NCBI GenBank assembly: GCA_000934665.2
Contig: KZ538766.1
Location: 1 to 64,000, forward strand
From: Catajapyx aquilonaris
Lineage: Eukaryota
Length of the DNA: 64,000 bases
Reading direction: 5' to 3'
The first letter of the stretch is position 1; every line of letters starts with the position of its first letter. A program made the translations under genes and the position numbers. Positions 10,923-21,610 of the stretch are shown one piece after another. The notes under the pieces are model-generated. The model had not been told where the DNA came from. It did no database searches and worked only from the letters and a program-made list of their open reading frames with translations.

Positions 10923-13900
10923 TTAAGCCTTTGTGGTCTTCTCTGCAGGCTTGGGTGCCGCCTTCTTCTCTGCAGGCTTGGGTGCTTCCTTCTTGGCTGC
11001 AGGTTTGGGTGCTGCCTTCTTGGCTGCAGGCTTGGGTGCCGCCTTCTTGGCCGCAGGCTTGGTTGGCGGCTTCTTGGCTGCAGGCTTGGTTCCTGCCTTC
11101 TTGGCTGCAGGCTTGGGTGCTGCCTTCTTGGCCGCGGGCTTCTTGGCAGGCTTCTTCCCCTCGGCCTTCTTGGTCTTGGCCCTCAGCTTGGCTGCCCTTC
11201 GCTTCTTGATAACCCTCATGGCAGCCTTGTCTACGGGAGCAGGAAGCTGAAACGCACAAGCGGATAATTAGCATTTGTGAAGACTCTCGCAGTGTTCATC
11301 CGAGATAACACAACCGGTTTGAGATCAGAATAGTTCAATAATCACAATGCTTCATAAACACGGATCAAGGAGTCAAAACTGATATTGTGATCATCATGTC
11401 TCAAAGCTTTTGTTCTGTCCTGGGAGTCGAAGTGTCCCACTAATGCTGCATCATTTGCAAAAGACGAGGCGATAATAGGGAGATCTTACCCCTCGCTTCT
11501 TGGCCAACAAGGCTTCCCTGTGACGCTTTCTCCTAAGCTCCACGGCCCTGGCAACCTTCCTCTCAACCAAGGCGTATGGGTTCAGCCGAAGCATCGCACG
11601 AACATTCTTCAGCGGGTTCTTCTTAATCGGCCTCGTGTTTGTCCTCTTGCGCCTGGAAAAATCATGTGTTAAACCGAGCCGCAACGTTCAGACTCGAATA
11701 CTTACATGGGTTTCCTCAGGACCTTCTGGATCTCCTCGGACCTGAGAATCCTCATGAGGTCGGTGTTGGACATCTTGGGAACTGGCAGGTTGAAGCCCTT
11801 CTTCTTGGTGGATGGCTTCCTCCAGGTGCCGTAAAGGTCGTCCAGGCAGCGGAAGGCAGACTCGGTCCAGATGCAGAAACGGCCGAGATGACCACCGGGG
11901 GCAAGCTTCAGAAGGTTCAGTTTGGACACGTCAATCAGCTCAACTCCTGGGATGTTGCGGAATCCTCGCGTCAGGCCCTGTAAGCAACAGATGCATTAAG
12001 CTCGTGGCGAATTGATATAAAAGCAAAATTAAAGCGATGAAACTTTACAAATATGGTCAGATCAGATTATAAGTCAAATCACAGGTGTTCATAACCCAAT
12101 GCTCTGAATTAATGTGGGTTTCATCACGTCCGGCCTCAAAGTAGCAATTTCTTAAAAAATAATTGAAGTAATTTAGTAGTTGCTCACCTGATCTTTGTTG
12201 TAAATGATGAGGGGACCCAGCTTCTGGACACGGCGACGGTTGCGCATCTTACCCTTACCGGCACGGAAACGGCGAGACTTGTACACCTAGAAAGCAATTA
12301 ACATCGGTGAGTATTGGGCGACACAGTTTCTTTACAGGCTTTACATACTGTTGGTGCATTAATTGCTTGATATCAGAACATTAAGAGTTCAATAATCAGT
12401 GTTGTCATAAACACAGGCCAAGAACTTTTGCGTCATCATTTCTTGTCGTATTTTGATGGATCAGCTTGAGAGTCATGTCCAAAAATTTTACCTTCTGGAT
12501 GTCAGACCAGGCCTTGATGCGACGCAGGAAGATTGTGGCCTGCTTGGTCTTGTTGTATTCCTGGATCTTGTCCGACACAACCAGGGGAACCTCCGGGATC
12601 TCATTGATGGCATGGCCTAAACACAAAAGGCTGGGTTGGATTACGACAATTCATGTGTCCGTAAGTCAGACTATAATTTTCCCAAGGTTTGAGATCAGAA
12701 AAGTTCAATAATCACGATGCTTCATAAACACGGATCAAGGAGTCAAATTGATGTTGTCATCATCATGTCTCAAAGCCAGATTTCAGTTTGAAATTCTGTG
12801 GGAAAGTCAATGCAAAAAGTAGAGCGATCGCAGCCTATTTTTCCACGAACCTGGTGTACAAGCGATGCCTCAAAACTGCGTACCTTTAGCCATGACCAAA
12901 GCAGGGATTCCTGCTGCCGCGATGGCCGAGCAGACAGCATAACGCTTCTGGTGCAAGTTAATCTTGCGGTGCCAGCGACGCCAGGTCTTGGTCGGAGCAA
13001 ACATGCGTCCTCCACGGCACATGTTTCCAAACGCACCCTGGCCTGAGCGGTGGGTACCGCCACCACGTACGCGGGGAATACGAGCCACAGCACGCCCCGT
13101 ACCCCATGACTCCGCACTTGTCTGATGCCCTGAAAATGACCATATTTTCACATGTAAAATTATCTATCCCCAACCCTTCAATATGACCAGTACTTGGGCA
13201 CGTATTGAGATCAGATGCAGTTCAATAATCAAAGCACATCATAAACACAGGCCAAGAACGTTTGCATCATCACTTCTCTGTTTGAAACTGTACCAGAATA
13301 TTATGATCATCATCATTTTGAATGTTATTATTAGAGAACATATTTCTAGGTTTCAACGTACCTTTTATTATTATGATTATCATCATCATTTTACAATTAT
13401 TGGCATTATACCAGTTATCTAATCTGTTGGTTTTAACTTTTATTAGTGTTCAAACAGTTATAATAACTTACTAGTGTTCAAACAGTTATTATAATAACTG
13501 TTACCAGAGTTCAAACAGTTATTATAATAACTGTTATTAGTGTTCAAACAGTTATTATAATAACTGTTATTAGTGTACAAACGGTTATTATAATAACTGT
13601 TATTAGTGTACAAACAGTTATTATTATAACTGTTATTAGTGTTCAAACTGTTACCATTATAACTGTTATTAGTGTTCAAACTGTTAGTTATAACTGTTAT
13701 TAGTGTTCACTATTATTATTGTAACTGTTATTAGAATTTTCACTGCTATTAAATTTCAGTTATTTTAACCGTTATTAAATTTAAGCTATTTTAACTGTTA
13801 AAGCCATAATTATTGTAATTGTTATTTTATGCCACAAATATTTTAACTGTTAAGCCATAATTATTGTAATTGTTATTTTATGCCACAATTATTTTAACTG

Positions 13901-14940
13901 TTATTTAAGCCATAATTATTGTAATTGTTATTTTATGCCACAATTATTTTAACTGTTATTTATGCCATAATTATTGTAATTGTTATTTTATGCCAAATAT
14001 TTTAACTGTTATTTATGCCATAATTATTGTAATTGTTATTTTATGCCACAATTATTTTAACTGTTAAAGCCATAATTACTTTAACTGTTATTTTATGCCA
14101 TAATTATTTTAGCAAATGTTAATTTATTATTTTTGAACCTAACAAATTGGTTGAATGACAAGATGTTGTTTTCATGTAAGTGATGTACCTGCTTCGGCGC
14201 TCACGGCGTACGGCTGGCGCCTGTTCTTGGCCATGTTGACGTGGACGAAGTTGACCACGTCGGGGCGTATGGGCACCTTGAAAACCGCTGGGAGCGGCAC
14301 ACTGGCACCGGTCGCCTCATTCTTCTCGCTGTAAACGCTGATGAGAGGTCGGGCTGCTGCCACCGACTGGAAAGGCAAAGGATTACAACACTCTCTTTAG
14401 CTAGCTGCCAAGGAGATTTCTCCACGGGGTTCGTCACTCGATATACTACAGTTCATGACGGACTTCAACTGCGTGTCTTTTTTCCCCAAGTTATGCGATT
14501 TCCTGTCAGCTAATCATTGTTATATGCGGTCTATATTTAATGTTTGGGACTATCATTTTCGTCCAACTTTTTTTTTCATTTTATGTAACATTATCTTGCG
14601 TACGTATCTGCTCAGAGTTAAGTTTCACATCAACCTTGCAAATGAGCTGTATTTGGACGCAGGCATGTGTCCGCTCAAGTGCAGTCCAACGCAATTTACA
14701 TCATCATCACAGACACTTACTGTTGGCCTATTTGGAACACGTATTTTGGAACATTTTTGTTGGCGTGGTCGAAACTAGGCTAGGCCTAGGCCTGGCTTCG
14801 AACCTGGTTTTGCGACCCCTGCTGTCAGCCTGGGGGTGTCCCGCGGTGGTGGTCCTAAAGACCCTTCCAAACCTGACCCGCCTGGCTTAAAACCGGGCCG
14901 AGTTGGCCGTCCTAAACAGAAGGGGAAAGGACCTCACCAT
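10923..14940 (-). CDS. RpL4: 60S ribosomal protein L4 (uL4). Exons 14940-14938 (ATG only), 14366-14189, 13129-12884, 12616-12492, 12286-12188, 11977-11706, 11652-11490, 11246-10923
   Basis: [101 protein letters not shown] at 10882-10887. Confidence 0.98.
11318..11405 (-). ncRNA. SNORD18: Box C/D snoRNA U18-like, subtype A, RpL4 intron 7
   Basis: C ATGATGA, guide GACTCCTTGATCCGTGTTT, D' ATGA, C' GTGATTA, D CTGA, terminal stem TTTGAGA/TCTCAAA. U18 is hosted in RPL4 introns in vertebrates. Confidence 0.88.
12057..12132 (-). ncRNA. Box C/D snoRNA SNORD88/snR76-like, RpL4 intron 5
   Basis: Guide ATTCAGAGCATTGGG pairs, with one G.U, to conserved 28S CCCAGUGCUCUGAAU. The D'+5 rule lands on the third C (yeast Cm2197 equivalent). 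An extra TTTGAC element is complementary to the adjacent GUCAAA. Confidence 0.85.
12368..12443 (-). ncRNA. SNORD18: Box C/D snoRNA U18-like, subtype B, RpL4 intron 4
   Basis: C ATGATGA, guide TTCTTGGCCTGTGTTT, D' ATGA, C' TGATTA, D CTGA. Confidence 0.8.
12688..12774 (-). ncRNA. SNORD18: Box C/D snoRNA U18-like, subtype A, RpL4 intron 3
   Basis: Same boxes, guide and terminal stem as the 11318-11405 copy. Confidence 0.88.
13207..13278 (-). ncRNA. SNORD18: Box C/D snoRNA U18-like, subtype B, RpL4 intron 2
   Basis: C GTGATGA, guide TTCTTGGCCTGTGTTT, D' ATGA, C' TGATTA, D CTGA, stem GAGA/TCTC. Confidence 0.8.
13435..14112. repeat. Two adjacent AT-rich minisatellites (33-bp unit, then ~55-60-bp unit) in RpL4 intron 2
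   Basis: TAATAACTGTTATTAGTGTTCAAACAGTTATTA repeats, then GCCATAATTATTGTAATTGTTATTTTATGCCACAATTATTTTAACTGTT repeats. Confidence 0.9.
14605..14714 (-). ncRNA. SNORD16: Box C/D snoRNA U16-like, RpL4 intron 1
   Basis: C GTGATGA, GTAAATTGCGT and TGCCTGC elements complementary to the 18S GCAGGCGCGCAAAUUAC region, AAGGTTGA, D CTGA, stem TCTGT/GCAGA. The layout matches vertebrate U16, which is also hosted in RPL4. Confidence 0.8.
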
Positions 14941-16029
14941 TTTCGCAGCGTCTCTTCTCCGGGCCACGCCACGTTGATGGAAACCCGGCTGTGACGTCAC
15001 CGGATGTTGGCTACATATGCAAAGACGCCCAGTGCAGTACGCATGCTCAGTAGAGCCTCGTTATGATTGGGCAAGACTGTTCAATTGCGCGTGATGATTG
15101 GATGGTGATTTAGTGACTGGGTTGTGTAAACGGTACATGCAGCGCCAACTGGGAGCCGGGACTTAAACCAGAGCGCCTCTAGTGGCTGGTACTTGTAACA
15201 ACTCATTGAAATTACGAACGCTGAATATTTACGGATATAGTGCATAAAATATTGGAGTTTTAATATAACAGATCTGTACCTACCTGTCATTAAGTCATGG
15301 TTCAATACATAATATAGGAATTAGCCCATGAATACAATTGTGCGGGCCTGTCCTTTCCATCGTTCGCACCCCCGAGTAAGTCCCACCCCGTATAGACCTG
15401 CACCCACCTAAACGGGCTGAATTTCATACTCTGGTTCCTCTTCAATCCTCGTGTAAATCTTTCGCCTTTTACTAAAGATTTCCGTGGAGAGGTACACTCT
15501 GAGTCTTATGTAATTTCTTGTCGCCTGCCTGGAGCAGGCGGATAAACCAAATCAAAAGACAATACCCAAACATTTATTCACACCCAGAAAATGGGAGGTG
15601 GCCCGGGGAGGGCCTTTCTTGTCCATTTTCGGGATGTGCTGACCAGGTTCTGACCTTAATTTAATGTTATTTTATTTCAAAATAATATATTCAAAGTTAT
15701 GGCCGCCCTTCGGCAATCACCTTTTCTGCCTGTACTGGTAAATGAAGCTCTCAAAAAATCCGATTTCCTTCGTGATCTCGCCTTCATTTCCTATTATTGT
15801 ATTTGCAAAAATATTATTTATTACGACTCGCGGCCGCCCCTTGTCCAGTGCCTACTGTGCCTAATGGGAAATCCGCCGCTGACCGCCAATTTCCTTCTAC
15901 CGCCAACATACATTTTCCTTTGCCGCCAAAATAGTCCTGAGCGCCAAACTGAACAGGGATCCAAATTGGCGGAAGAGGAAATTGGCGCTCAGGACTACTA
16001 CTGCTGGCGGTAACGAAAATTGGCGGCTG

Positions 16030-16380
16030 GCGCATTTATGGAGCGAATAACTGGCGGATTGATGTAGTGACTGGCTCGCCGGTTGACCAAGGGAATGACT
16101 GGCGCATTGATGGAGCAAATAACTGGCGGATTGATGTGACTGGCTCGCCGGTTGACCCAGCGACTGACTCGCTGGGTGACCGAGGGAATGACTGGCGCAT
16201 TGATGGAGCAAATAACTGGCGGATTGATGTGACTGGCTCGCCGGTTGACCAAGCGACTGACTCGCCGGTTGACCGAGGGAATGACTGGCGCATTGATGGA
16301 GCAAATGACTGGCGCGATGGAGCTACTGACTCGCCAATGGAGCGCCCAACTGACTCGCGGATGGATGGAGCCAATGGTCC
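16030..16380. repeat. GC-rich tandem repeat, ~93-bp unit, ~3 copies
   Basis: GACTGGCGCATTGATGGAGC recurs at ~16097, 16190 and 16283. Confidence 0.85.
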
Positions 16381-16719
16381 CATCACCGTGGCAGATCACT
16401 AGTTTTCTTGTCATTTGCTGATTGTCGCAGTGACAATTGCTGCGTATGAACGACTCAGGAACGTGAACTTTATTTTACATGCCAAATAATGAAATATCGA
16501 TTATCACCATTTGTTCGTCACATCTACCGCTTGGTCATATTGTTAATTTATTTGTTAATGTTACTCAGTTTGTGTGTTAATTTCCAGTTAATTTGCATAT
16601 CAGGTTGTTCCTTTTGTTAGCCTGTGACTTAATTTGTTGGTCAGTTTGTTTCCTTGTTCCTTTTGTTTGTTTCACAAAGTGTTTGTCAGCATCTCTGTTC
16701 AATGTGTTTGGTCCTTTGG

Positions 16720-17255
16720 TAGTTTGCTCCTTTTGGTTAACGTGTTAGTTTGTTCCTTCTGGTTAAAGTGTTAGTTTGTTCCTTTCGGTTAACGTGTCAG
16801 TTTGTTCCTTTTGGTTAACGTGTTAGTTTGTTCCTTTTGGTTAGCGTGTTAGTTTGTTCCTTCTGGTTAACGTGTTAGTTTGTTCATTTTGGTTAGCGTG
16901 TTAGTTTGTTCCTTTTGGTTAGCGTGTTAGTTTGTTCCTTTTGGTTAACGTGTCAGTTTGTTCCTTTTGGTTAACGTGTTAGTTTGTTCCTTTTGGTTAA
17001 CGTGTTAGTTTGTTCCTTTTGGTTAACGTGTTAGTTTGTTCCTTCTGGTTAACGTGTTAGTTTGTTCCTTTTGGTTAGCGTGTTAGTTTGTTCCTTCTGG
17101 TTAACGTGTTAGTTTGTTCCTTTCGGTTAGCGTGTTAGTTTGTTCCTTCTGGTTAACGTGCTAGTTTGTTCCTTTTGGTTAGCGTGTTAGTTTGTTCCTT
17201 TTGGTTAGCGTGTTAGTTTGTTCCTTTTGGTTAGCGTGTTAGTTTGTTTCTTTGG
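16720..17255. repeat. 26-bp minisatellite, ~20 copies
   Basis: Unit GGTTAACGTGTTAGTTTGTTCCTTTT. Confidence 0.95.
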
Positions 17256-17389
17256 TAGTGTGTTGACTTCTGTTTACCAAGAAAACAGGCTGTGCAGAGT
17301 TGGTTGATTGGTTTGTTTTTCAGCAAAGAATGAATTCTACTGCCAGTTTTGAATACATTAAAAATGTATGATATGAAAAAAGCGTATTT

Positions 17390-19703
17390 TTATTCATGCC
17401 CAGAAGTGTCCATCTTACAGTTGGTGCTGAGGAACAGTATTTCCTTGACCGTTTCCAGCTTCCGATCGCTGCAGTAGTCGTCCAGCAGCACTCCGGCCCT
17501 GGAGAAGATACGCTCTGAGGGGATGCAAGTGGCCTGGACGCAGAGCTTGTTCCTGGCCACCTTCTCCATCAGGGGGTACAGGTCCTTGCGGTCTCGCCAC
17601 CACTGCAGGGGGTCCTCGTTCATCTGCAGGCAAGGGTCGGTCAGGTACCTGCAAGATGGAATGCTACAGTATTGTACCGAGTACGTTCCCACACCATGCA
17701 AAGTAATCCTCACCGTTCCAGCTCCAGCATGCCTCTTGATAGTGGCTTCTTAGCAGTCGGTCTGGTTGCTTCCAGCTTCCCCTGCAGCTTCGACAGGATT
17801 GACAGCCTGCCAGGCGTACTCTGTGCCGGTTTTGCCCGCGCCGGTGACACCTTTACAGGCGATGGCTCCTCAGGAAGCTCCTGGTCATCCTCCGCCACCA
17901 GCAGCGACTCCAGCTGACCCCTGACCCTCTCCGCTTGGGTACTGTCTTGGAATCCCAGCATCTTGAACCGTGGGTCCAGAAGCGTTGCGAGACCCAGTGC
18001 ACTGTTCTGGTCTACTTGCCCCAGTATGTTGCTAAGTCCCATTTCCATGCAGTTCAGTACGTCCAACCCGACTCCGGTGCATCTAGTTTTCTGGTCAGCG
18101 CTGTGGTCCCGAAGAGCTTCGGTGTAGACGACAATCAGGGCAGCAGTCACATAGTCTTCCCCACCCAGTTTAGCAATCAGCTCCTCCCAGGGTACCAGTA
18201 TGTCCACTAGTTCCCGGCATGACTGCAGCTCCGTAGCGGTCACCACCGGTACGTCAGGGTCGAACAGCGCCATTGTGCTCCAAACGGCTTCCTCCTGCTC
18301 AGAGAACCGCCGCAGCATGCTCAGCGTCGATTTCCAATCAGCCTCATCGTCTTTGAACAGCGACTTTGGATCGTTGTTGGAGCTTGTACGCTGGATCGCA
18401 ACCAACCGGTCATACGATGGTCCGCACTGTTTAAAGTGCGATACAATACCACGCAAATTGTCAAGCAGATCTTTGGCGACGACCAGCGACTTTTGCACAA
18501 ACTCATTCAGTGTGCTGGCGAAGCATCGGAATACGTTCCATCCGGTTAATTCATCAACACCTGGTATGTTAGTGGTCACCAACAGCAAGACCTTATCCTG
18601 CAAACCCCAGTCTTGCACTACCCGCTGCAGCACATCCTCCAGACTGTCGACTATTGGCGAGCATTCCAGCAGAGCATGTTGCATTTCAACGTCCTCGTTA
18701 ACATAATGAGCCGTGACGACTATCATACTCTCAGTGCCAAGGAAGCAGCTGTCCGTAGTTAGGCAAACGCTGCTGACTTCGGACAGATCTTCCTGGATGG
18801 CCCGGACACACTCTTGGTACGTGTCGGGCAGCAGCTTCTTCGTCAGCTCTTTTTTCGTGGGCGGCGTGTAATTGCGGTTCAGTGCACGCGAGTACTTTAA
18901 GAACCCGGGCGTGTCCAGCAGTGAGAGGTCGAAGTTGTCCTTGATGAACATGTCCATCAATAAGCGATCCAGCGTCTTCTTATCACCTGCCACGACCTTT
19001 TTGGCTAAGGCAAGTGCCATGCTGCTCTCTCGTCTTGGAGGCGGCACAGGAACCGTGCGCTTGGGCGGAGTAGGCTGTACCACAGTTCCTGCATTGTTCT
19101 CAGCATCGCCGTAGTTGACCACAAACACTGCAAACGTTTCAAATACAAATCATTTTCATGCAAAAAAAATTAAAATTACACAAAAATTACTTTAATTGGG
19201 AACAGGCTGTGCTGCTAATTAAAACAATTACACGCTTTGCATCTTGTAACAGCTGCTTGATGAAATATGATTGATAATGACAAACTGTGGGTACTTTATC
19301 GCCTGCGAGTGAAGCTGTGCAAGTGCGGTCCAAGTGCAAAGAGTTGCAGTACCAATGTCTCCTTGTCCGTACGAGGAGTCTTGCGTTGGCTGCTGGGTCA
19401 CCTGCACTGCACTTGCGTGCGAGGTGGTCGGTGGTCCATCGATCTGCAGCGTTGGGTGCTTCGACTGCAGGTGCTTCTTCAGGTTATTGGTTGACGTCTT
19501 GTAGGAGATGTTCTTGAAGCAGATGTTGCAGGTGGCTGCTCGGACGTCGCCCAGGTCAGAGAAGTGGTTCCACAGGAGGCTCTTCCGCTTCCTAGTCGCG
19601 TACTCCTTAGGACCTTTCGCCTCCTGCGTTAATTAAACCGTATGAATAGTCGCAGCACGCTTTCTTTCGTGAGGTGTCAGCAACGTACCTGTTTAGGGCC
19701 CAT
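17390..19703 (-). CDS. BED zinc-finger, hAT transposase-derived protein (ZBED/DREF-like). Exons 19703-19689, 19623-19353, 19127-17714, 17648-17390
   Basis: BED finger LWNHF...ATCNICFKNISYKTSTNNLKKHLQSKHP; hAT core CLTTD, VTAHYV, LATLLDPRFK; dimerisation domain DPLQWW...YP...QATCIPSERIFSRAG; three in-phase introns. Confidence 0.9.
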
Positions 19704-19949
19704 GGCTACTCGCCCTTCGATTGTAACAGCCGGACACTTCTGATGGATTATTTTTGCTGAAATAAGCTTTGCAATTAATACAAATTAATGATTGAAAGTA
19801 CTTTATGTCATTTATTAGCAGCTAAAGAAAACAATCACTGGACTAAACTATGATTTAATATTAAATTTAATGAACACTAATTACTCAGTATGTGTTACTA
19901 CATATAAAAATTATTGTGCATTTTTACTTACATCAAAATATGACGCTTT

Positions 19950-20190
19950 CAGTCCGCCATCTTGGATTTTTTTTACGATTCAAAAACATGTATCGATATA
20001 TCGATATATTGATATCCTACCACGGTGAGGGCAGTATAATCCGTACATGAAACCGACATGAAACAGTATGAAATTGACGCAATGGTCGAACAGCTTTTTA
20101 TTAAACTCAATTTTGCAAAATATTGACTAATTTCGTGATGTGTACCCTATAATCGTGTTTTACCGTTATCAGGCGATAAAGTATCGATAT
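19950..20190 (-). promoter_or_regulatory. DRE cluster and YY1-like motif upstream of the ZBED-like gene
   Basis: TATCGATA twice in tandem from 19991, a degenerate third copy after it and another at ~20182; AAGATGGCGG on minus at ~19954. Confidence 0.6.
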
Positions 20191-21610
20191 TTTACAGTTC
20201 ACACAATCCAGGCAATATAGAAACGGCTGATCATTGGCCCTTTCATACGAATGCCTCAATACGATTGGTCCATCTTTCACATCATGATGAAAAACTAGAC
20301 TGTGTTAACTTTTGGAGTCAAATTAAGCGGAACTAATATTATAACCGCTTTTCTGAAGAAATTGGCAGCTATATTAGTTAACTGTATAACTATGTACAGT
20401 ATTGAAAAATTATTGTTATAATTATTGATAATGCATGTTTTAAAAAAAAAATCTCGATGTCACATTAAGTTAATTACGGCAGAACATGTCAACAGCTGCC
20501 CTTCACAAATACCCATAATGGGTCGTATCAGGTAATTAATACTAATAATACTAATAATAATGCTAATAATAATGCTAATAATAATGCTAATAATAATACT
20601 AATAATGCTAATAATAACACTTACTATTACAATGTATTATTTATTAGTATTAATAAATCATAATAATAAACAATAAATAACAATAATAAAAACCAATAAT
20701 TAATAATATTATAATAATTAATACATTTGAAGGCATCACCTCTTGATATATGACCCACAAAAAAAGTGGTTAATTTGTGATTTCAGTAACAAGTGTACAA
20801 TGAAAACACGCTGTCGTACTTTTCAATTTTTTTATTATTGCTCAGTTGGCGGTCTCGAATCAAACGCTACAATAAATAGGGACAATTTTTTTTTGTTTTG
20901 GTGGGTGGGAATGTTCACTTATGACCCACTAGAAAAAATTGGGGGGGTAGGGTGGGGGGGGGGGGGNNNNNNNNNNNNNGGGGGGGGGGGAAACGATGTA
21001 AATGAAATTTGTAGGATGGCAGGAAAACCCCTAATGACTTGTTGCAGGGAGGGGGGAAAAAAAACAATCTTTGGGATACTAAAAAACAGCCAAGTACAAA
21101 TCGCGCCCCGTCTAAAGTTAATACATTGGCCTTCCAAAATTTTTAAGTACAAGGCAACTCACTATATTTTCAATCGGGCATGTGAAACTGTACAAGAAGC
21201 AGAGAGAGAGAGGGAGTGAAAAAAAAAAAAATTAATCAGTCGCACACGCATTCACACAAGTGGACAAAAAACATGGTTTTAAATCTACTCCGAAAAAACC
21301 CCAGTCGTACTCTCGCCTTGAAACTGTTCAACAATAATCCGTACCCATAATCCGTGCGAAACACAACGAAAAAAAATAAATTCACAAAAGTATGCCTTGA
21401 GATAACAAAATGCGACGCTGCAAGTAGAGTGAAAAGTGATGCGATTCTCGTGGTTTTGCTCGAAAGTGGGGGGGAGAAAAAAGTTACGTCGCTGCTTCAT
21501 TCATTTTTTTTTTCTGTCTCTTCCTGTAAATTCAAAACCCACCTCAAACAGTTGATTGTTCGTGAAACAATAATTTTTCGTCGTCAAATCGTCTTCTTTT
21601 TTGTTGCAGC

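Noticed and set aside
15174..15187. CTCF-like motif upstream of RpL4
   Set aside because: One base short of the consensus spacing and a single instance.
15897..16414. Overlapping repetitive ORFs in several frames
   Set aside because: By-product of a 93-bp tandem repeat; the same applies to ORFs at 36445-38496 and 55955-56859.
20941..20990. Long G tracts as G-quadruplex elements
   Set aside because: They contain N runs; homopolymer assembly uncertainty prevents interpretation.
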